Assembly: GCF_034039665.1 (NCBI RefSeq)
Contig: NZ_CP120131.1
Location: 490,206-522,205, forward strand
DNA: 32,000 nt
From: Mammaliicoccus sp. Dog046
GTDB lineage: Bacteria > Bacillota > Bacilli > Staphylococcales > Staphylococcaceae
Reading direction: 5' to 3'
The position numbers and the translations under genes are program-made. This document shows positions 27,176 through 32,000 of the stretch, one piece after another. The notes below the pieces were generated by a model, which was given only the letters and a program-made list of their open reading frames with translations, searched no databases and was not told where the DNA came from. The number at the start of each line of letters is the position of its first letter. The first letter of the stretch is position 1.

Positions 27176-28723
27176 ATGAAGAATCAAAAGAAAGTATTAT
27201 CAGTTGGCTTTGCATCAGTAATCGCATTATCTTTAGGGGTATCACACATAGCAAATGCAGCAGAAAATAGTCCGATAGATCAAAAGGAATTAAAATCAAT
27301 TCCTAAGTTGGACGTAAACAGTAAGTCAGAAGCACAAGAGGTTCTAAGTCAATTACCAGGAAATGCAAACATTAAAAAAAGCTACAAACAGTTTGCGGTA
27401 ACTAATGAATTCCGAGATAAGTTAGGTTTTACACATTACACACTTAAACCGAAAGTCGATAACTATCTTGTTGAAGATAAAGAAGTAAAGATACATACGA
27501 ATGGCAAAAAGGAGTTAGAACTCGTAAATGGTGATGTAAATACAGATAAAGTTACTTATACGAATAAGCAAAGTTTATCTAAGCAAGACGCAATCAATAA
27601 GGCTTTTAACAGTATTGGTAAAAGTCAAAATGAAGTTAAAAATGTTAAAGGCAAACAAGTCATTAATAAAAATGAATTGGTGATAAATGCCAAGAAGAAA
27701 AAGCTCGTTTATAATGTTGAAGTAATTTATTTAGAGCCTGAACCAGCACGATGGGAAATTAAAATCGATGCAGAAACAGGAGATGTAATAAGTAAGCAGA
27801 ATAAAATTGAGCATGTTGTAGGTAGTGGGAAAGGTGTTAATGGAGATACGAAAGAACCATTGAATTTAACAAAAGTAACTAATGGTTATGACCTTCAAGA
27901 TATGACACATACTGGAGCTATTCAAACGTATGATGCGAAAGGTGGTAAATCAAGTGCATCCTTAATGACAGATCCAGATACGACATTCAATGATGCAAAC
28001 CAAGCTGCCGGTGTAGATGCACATTTTAATGCAGCTAAAACATATGATTATTATTTGAATACGCATCAACGTGATAGTTATGATGGCAACGGTGCACCAA
28101 TTAATTCTATCGTTCATTATGACAAGGATTATAATAATGCCTTTTGGAATGGACAATATATGGTATATGGAGACGGTGATGGAACAACATTTACATCATT
28201 ATCTGCTGCCGATGACGTTGTCGCACATGAATTGACACATGCTGTCACTGAACATAGTGCAGGACTTGTGTATGAGAATCAACCTGGCGCATTAAATGAA
28301 TCTATGTCTGATGTGTTTGGCTATTTTGTAGATCCAGATGATTGGTTGATGGGTGAAGATGCTTATACACCTGGAAAATCTGGAGATGGTTTAAGAAGTT
28401 TATCTAATCCAGAACAATATAATCAACCCGCACATATGGATAATTATCAAAACTTACCAAACACAGAACAAGGTGACTATGGTGGTGTCCACATTAATAG
28501 TGGTATTCCAAATAAAGCAGCTTACTTAACAATTACAAAAGTAGGTAAAGAAAAGTCAGAAGCGATTTATTATAGAGCGTTAACAGAATATCTGTCTTCT
28601 AATTCTTCTTTCTTAGACGCAAAATACGCTTTGAAACAGGCTGCATCTGATTTATACGGTGCAAATTCAACTGAGGAACAAGAAGTCATAAAAGCTTGGG
28701 AATCAGTAGGTATTACTGGATAA
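27176..28723 (+). CDS. Secreted M4 (thermolysin/aureolysin-like) zinc metalloprotease, preproprotein
   Basis: Signal peptide MKNQKKVLSVGFASVIALSLGVSHIANA; FTP/PepSY propeptide; HELTHAVTEHSAGLVYENQPGALNESMSD catalytic region; ATG 27176 preceded by GGGGTGG. Confidence 0.95.
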   Translation: MKNQKKVLSVGFASVIALSLGVSHIANAAENSPIDQKELKSIPKLDVNSKSEAQEVLSQLPGNANIKKSYKQFAVTNEFRDKLGFTHYTLKPKVDNYLVEDKEVKIHTNGKKELELVNGDVNTDKVTYTNKQSLSKQDAINKAFNSIGKSQNEVKNVKGKQVINKNELVINAKKKKLVYNVEVIYLEPEPARWEIKIDAETGDVISKQNKIEHVVGSGKGVNGDTKEPLNLTKVTNGYDLQDMTHTGAIQTYDAKGGKSSASLMTDPDTTFNDANQAAGVDAHFNAAKTYDYYLNTHQRDSYDGNGAPINSIVHYDKDYNNAFWNGQYMVYGDGDGTTFTSLSAADDVVAHELTHAVTEHSAGLVYENQPGALNESMSDVFGYFVDPDDWLMGEDAYTPGKSGDGLRSLSNPEQYNQPAHMDNYQNLPNTEQGDYGGVHINSGIPNKAAYLTITKVGKEKSEAIYYRALTEYLSSNSSFLDAKYALKQAASDLYGANSTEEQEVIKAWESVGITG

Positions 28724-28930
28724 AATAATTGAATTTTTACAAGCATCACATTAAAATATAAATAAGGAATAGCACGACTTAATCTTGATATTTAGAAGTA
28801 GTTTTTTCAGTATGACAATCATCTTGTATATATTCACCGGGAAGAATAATACTTGATGCGTAAAGAACAATTATATGATTTTCTAAATCAAATGAGTTTG
28901 CTTATTCGAAAAAAATGGGGGAGTTACATG

Positions 28931-29770
28931 ATGAAACTAGGAGAACGAGTTAAACAAAGAAGAATTGACTTAAAGCTTTCACAACAAACGTTGGCGAAAG
29001 ATATTGCAACTCAAAGTCAAATATCTAAAATTGAAAAAAATGAATTACAACCAGGATCACAATTACTATTTAATATGTCTAGACGATTAAATTGTAGTAT
29101 GGATTATTTGTTTAATGGTAATGAGTTAGATAACCAGTTTGAACAAAAATTGAAAGTCATCGAACGATTACTTAGTAAGCAAGACTATGATGCACTTATT
29201 CCATTGTTAGATGGTAATTATTTATCTAATGGATCTACAGATGAAATAGCTGCTATTAAATGGGTTAGAGCGATGATCGCACAACATAAATATGATAATC
29301 TTGACGAAGCAATTGAAAATATAGATGAGTCATATGATTTGTTGAATTCAAATATGTATGAAAGATTACAAGTAAGTATTTGTGATGCAAAAGCAAGATT
29401 TCATTTTGAAAAAGGTAACAATGATGTTGCAAAAGCAGCTTTAGAACAAGGTTTGCAAATTGCTAAACGCTATAATGTGGATGAGAAATATTCAATCCAC
29501 TTATTATACTTGTTATCAAATATGTATTTAACTGAAAATAGTTTCGATAGATGTTTAGCTTATGCACAAGCGGCATTAGATTTAACAATTAAATCAAATA
29601 ATTACGAGTTATATAGTGAAATTGTATATAACATAGTTAAATCAAAAATCGAAATGGGTATTAACAATGATAGTGACGTGAAACAATTAGATGTAGCACT
29701 ATACTTAAGTGATGCTTCTAAGAAATATAATGTTTCTATCTTAATTAGAGATTTAATGAAATTACAATAA
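28931..29770 (+). CDS. XRE-family HTH regulator with C-terminal TPR-like domain (RRNPP/PlcR-like architecture)
   Basis: HTH LGERVKQRRIDLKLSQQTLAKDIATQSQISKIEKNELQPGSQLLFNMSRRL followed by about 200 aa of helical repeats (AKARFHFEKGNNDVAKAALEQGLQIAKRY; LYLLSNMYLTENSFDRCLAYAQAALDL). SD GGGGGAG fits ATG 28928 or 28931. Confidence 0.85.
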   Translation: MKLGERVKQRRIDLKLSQQTLAKDIATQSQISKIEKNELQPGSQLLFNMSRRLNCSMDYLFNGNELDNQFEQKLKVIERLLSKQDYDALIPLLDGNYLSNGSTDEIAAIKWVRAMIAQHKYDNLDEAIENIDESYDLLNSNMYERLQVSICDAKARFHFEKGNNDVAKAALEQGLQIAKRYNVDEKYSIHLLYLLSNMYLTENSFDRCLAYAQAALDLTIKSNNYELYSEIVYNIVKSKIEMGINNDSDVKQLDVALYLSDASKKYNVSILIRDLMKLQ

Positions 29771-29892
29771 TATCATTTCAACTCCTTGTATTTATTCGAG
29801 AATCGCTTTAAAAGGCATTTTATAATTGACGCGTACTACTTTGTCATGTAACCTTTTAAAGTATTCAAGATATATTTACAAGGAGATTTTTT

Positions 29893-31182
29893 ATGGAACA
29901 AATAGATAAGAAAGGTTCTTTCATAGCACTATTGCCGTTAATTGTGTTTGTTTTTCTGTTTATAGGAACAGGAGTAATTAAGAAAGACTTTGAATTCTTA
30001 CCATTAAATGTAGCAATTTTGATTGCTGCTGTATTCGCATGTGCAATGTATCCAAAGACACCATTAGCTAAGAAATTAGATATTTTTACAAAAGGTGCAG
30101 CACATCCAAATATATTATTAATGGTATTTGTATTTTTACTTGCAGGTGCTTTTAGTGAAACAGCAAAAAGTATGGGTGCGGTCAGTTCTACAGTTAATTT
30201 AGGATTATCATTAATACCTGGACAATTCCTATTAGCAGGACTATTTATCGTAGGTGCATTCATCTCAGTTGCTATGGGTACATCAATGGGTACAGTAGCA
30301 GCATTAGCGCCAGTGGGTGTTGGTATATCAGAAGCGACAGATATATCATTAGCACTAACAACAGCAACTGTTGTCGGAGGTGCAATGTTTGGTGATAATT
30401 TATCAATGATTTCAGATACGACAATTGCTGCAGTTCGAACGCAACAAACTAAGATGAGCGATAAATTTAAAATGAATTTCTTGATCGTTTTACCAGGTGC
30501 TATTATAACTATTTTTATACTATGGTTTATCACACGAGATGCTGGTATATCTGATGCCAGTCATGGTGGTTATAGTTTAATTAAAGTCATTCCATATCTA
30601 TTTGTATTAATAAGTGCTCTATGTGGAATGAACGTATTGCTCGTATTAGTATTAGGTATCGTCGTCGCAAGTTTAATTGGCTATATAGATGGCTCATTTA
30701 CACTTGCAGAAAATTTAAAAGCCATTTCAGACGGCTTAATCGGTATGCAAGATATTTCTATGATTGCGCTATTAATAGGTGGAATGATAGGGATTATTGA
30801 ATATAACGGTGGCATTACTTGGCTATTGAACGCAGTGACGAAAAAAGTAAAATCCAAACGCGGTGCAGAATTTGGCATTGCTGGATTAGTCAGTGTGACT
30901 GACTTAGCAACTGCAAACAATACAATTTCTATTATTACAACAGGACCATTAGCAAAAGAAATTGCGGATGATTATAATATTGATCCTAGAAAATCAGCCA
31001 GTATATTAGATATATTTGCAAGTACGATACAAGGAATTATTCCTTACGGTGCGCAAGTATTAGCAGCAACAAGTGTAGCAGGCATATCGACAATGTCATT
31101 GTTACCATATACATTCTATCCATATTTACTAGGCATATGCGGAATCGTATCAATCATTATTGGTTATCCGAGAAAAAAGTAG
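29893..31182 (+). CDS. Na+/H+ antiporter family protein (NhaC-like)
   Basis: 429 aa; SVAMGTSMGTVAALAPVGVGI, GGAMFGDNLSMISDTTIAA, TDLATANNTISIIT. Confidence 0.88.
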   Translation: MEQIDKKGSFIALLPLIVFVFLFIGTGVIKKDFEFLPLNVAILIAAVFACAMYPKTPLAKKLDIFTKGAAHPNILLMVFVFLLAGAFSETAKSMGAVSSTVNLGLSLIPGQFLLAGLFIVGAFISVAMGTSMGTVAALAPVGVGISEATDISLALTTATVVGGAMFGDNLSMISDTTIAAVRTQQTKMSDKFKMNFLIVLPGAIITIFILWFITRDAGISDASHGGYSLIKVIPYLFVLISALCGMNVLLVLVLGIVVASLIGYIDGSFTLAENLKAISDGLIGMQDISMIALLIGGMIGIIEYNGGITWLLNAVTKKVKSKRGAEFGIAGLVSVTDLATANNTISIITTGPLAKEIADDYNIDPRKSASILDIFASTIQGIIPYGAQVLAATSVAGISTMSLLPYTFYPYLLGICGIVSIIIGYPRKK

Positions 31183-31199
31183 AGAAATAAATGAAGGAA

Positions 31200-31231
31200 A
31201 GATGCTAGGACAATGTCCTAGCATCTTTTTT
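31200..31231 (+). terminator. Terminator of the antiporter gene
   Basis: aGATGCTAGGACaatGTCCTAGCATCtttttt. Confidence 0.9.
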
Positions 31232-31235
31232 GATG

Positions 31236-31430
31236 AGATATCGTGCGATTGGATATGAAACGCACGAAGAGTTAGGGGTTAGTGCTGAGATATCGTGCGA
31301 TTGGATATGAAACGCACGAAGAGTTAGGGGTTAGTGCCGAGATATCGTGCGATTGGGTATGAAACGCACGAAGAGTTAAGGGTAAGTGCCGGGATATCGT
31401 GCGATTGAGTGTAAATCGCACGATATCCCG
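31236..31430. repeat. Tandem array F: 4 hairpin units at exact 52-bp spacing, last unit a perfect palindrome
   Basis: CGTGCG at 31242, 31294, 31346, 31398. Last unit CGGGATATCGTGCGATT-gagtgta-AATCGCACGATATCCCG (31390-31430, 17-bp arms). Confidence 0.97.
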
Positions 31431-31447
31431 ACGTGCAAACAAAAATA

Positions 31448-31484
31448 AAGAGGCTGGGACATAATATATGTCTCAGCCTCTTTT
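31448..31484. terminator. Terminator-like hairpin with shared 27-nt core (31452-31478)
   Basis: aagAGGCTGGGACATAATATATGTCTCAGCCTctttt. Confidence 0.85.
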
Positions 31485-31489
31485 AGTAT

Positions 31490-31613
31490 CTTGGCAGTAG
31501 ATGGCTGAGTTAAAAATGCGCTTGTATCAAGCTTTTTTCAACTCTAGTCATCCTTGCCGGGGCGAGACTACGAAATCTTTTTTTATAAATTAGATTTCTG
31601 TCCCGCTCCCTTT
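31490..31613. repeat. Staphylococcal-type dispersed intergenic element with two hairpins
   Basis: GAGTTAAAAATGCGCTTGtatCAAGCTTTTTTCAACTC, then GGGGCGAGAC-tac-GAAATCT…AGATTTC-t-GTCCCGCTCC (31559-31609). Confidence 0.6.
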
Positions 31614-31624
31614 TCTTACATCTA

Positions 31625-32000
31625 TTATGCTCTTTTTTCTTCTAATTCATACCCGTAAGCTGTTTCACCATGGAAGGCTGCATCTAATCCTTCTAGTTCT
31701 GATTTTTCATCTGTTCTTAAAGTAGTGAATATACTAATCACTTTAGCGATTGCATATGTCATGATACCACTAAAAGCGATTGTAACGACAACTGCTACGA
31801 TTTGAATAACGACTGGCATGATGCCACCACCGAATAATGTACCGTCTGTTATTGTTGGATTGACACTTGAATTTTGGAATAATCCTGTTCCGATTGCGCC
31901 TACAACACCACCGAAACCGTGTAATCCAAATGCGTCTAATGCATCATCATAATTTAATAATACTTTTAAGTGAGTAATAACGTAATAACAAACTAGTCCG
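31625..32000 (-). CDS. amt: Ammonium transporter, C-terminal part (N-terminus beyond window)
   Basis: …YYVITHLKVLLNYDDALDAFGLHGFGGVVGAIGTGLFQNSS…LDAAFHGETAYGYELEEKRA*. Confidence 0.92.
   Translation of the reverse strand, partial: GLVCYYVITHLKVLLNYDDALDAFGLHGFGGVVGAIGTGLFQNSSVNPTITDGTLFGGGIMPVVIQIVAVVVTIAFSGIMTYAIAKVISIFTTLRTDEKSELEGLDAAFHGETAYGYELEEKRA

Noticed and set aside
1381-31430. Helical phasing as the explanation for repeat periods
   Set aside because: 41, 51 and 52 bp are near integral helical turns, but 39 and 130/131 bp are not, so I do not claim it as a general rule.
31625-31819. 64-aa minus-strand ORF as an independent gene
   Set aside because: It is the C-terminal in-frame part of the amt gene that continues to the window edge.
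1-32000. Prophage, genomic island, transposon or toxin-antitoxin content
   Set aside because: No integrase, transposase, phage structural, toxin-antitoxin or tRNA-like sequence was recognised on either strand.

Overview
The window is AT-rich staphylococcal-type chromosome and reads as ordinary core and accessory metabolism and transport. Genes in order: DUF47/PiT phosphate transport; LysM-CHAP secreted protein; Bax-1-type membrane protein; YebC family; cupin DUF985; MetE-like synthase; PLD-family protein; TetR with a divergent HlyD/DHA2 efflux pair; DUF402; UppP; LysR; MOSC; two small-molecule MFS transporters; DUF456; SDR; PurU; CorA; ROK kinase; GNAT; nitroreductase; orphan CpsB/CapC-type phosphatase; HxlR; isoaspartyl dipeptidase; secreted M4 metalloprotease; XRE-TPR regulator; NhaC antiporter; Amt (partial). 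The most unusual content is intergenic. Five loci carry tandem arrays (periods 41, 51, 41 plus 130/131, 39 and 52 bp) whose units are imperfect hairpins. Four of the five lie between convergent genes. The 12 kb and 31 kb arrays are the same element family in opposite orientation, with the hairpin loop inverted relative to the flanks and a fully palindromic unit at the same polar end. The 17 kb array is bracketed by an 18-19 nt duplication of a terminator's 3' half. A 27-nt terminator hairpin core is repeated exactly at three loci. A second candidate system is an XRE-TPR (RRNPP-like) regulator directly downstream of the M4 protease, an arrangement resembling the Bacillus NprR/NprA pairing. No CRISPR array, rRNA, tRNA, transposase or phage gene was recognised.
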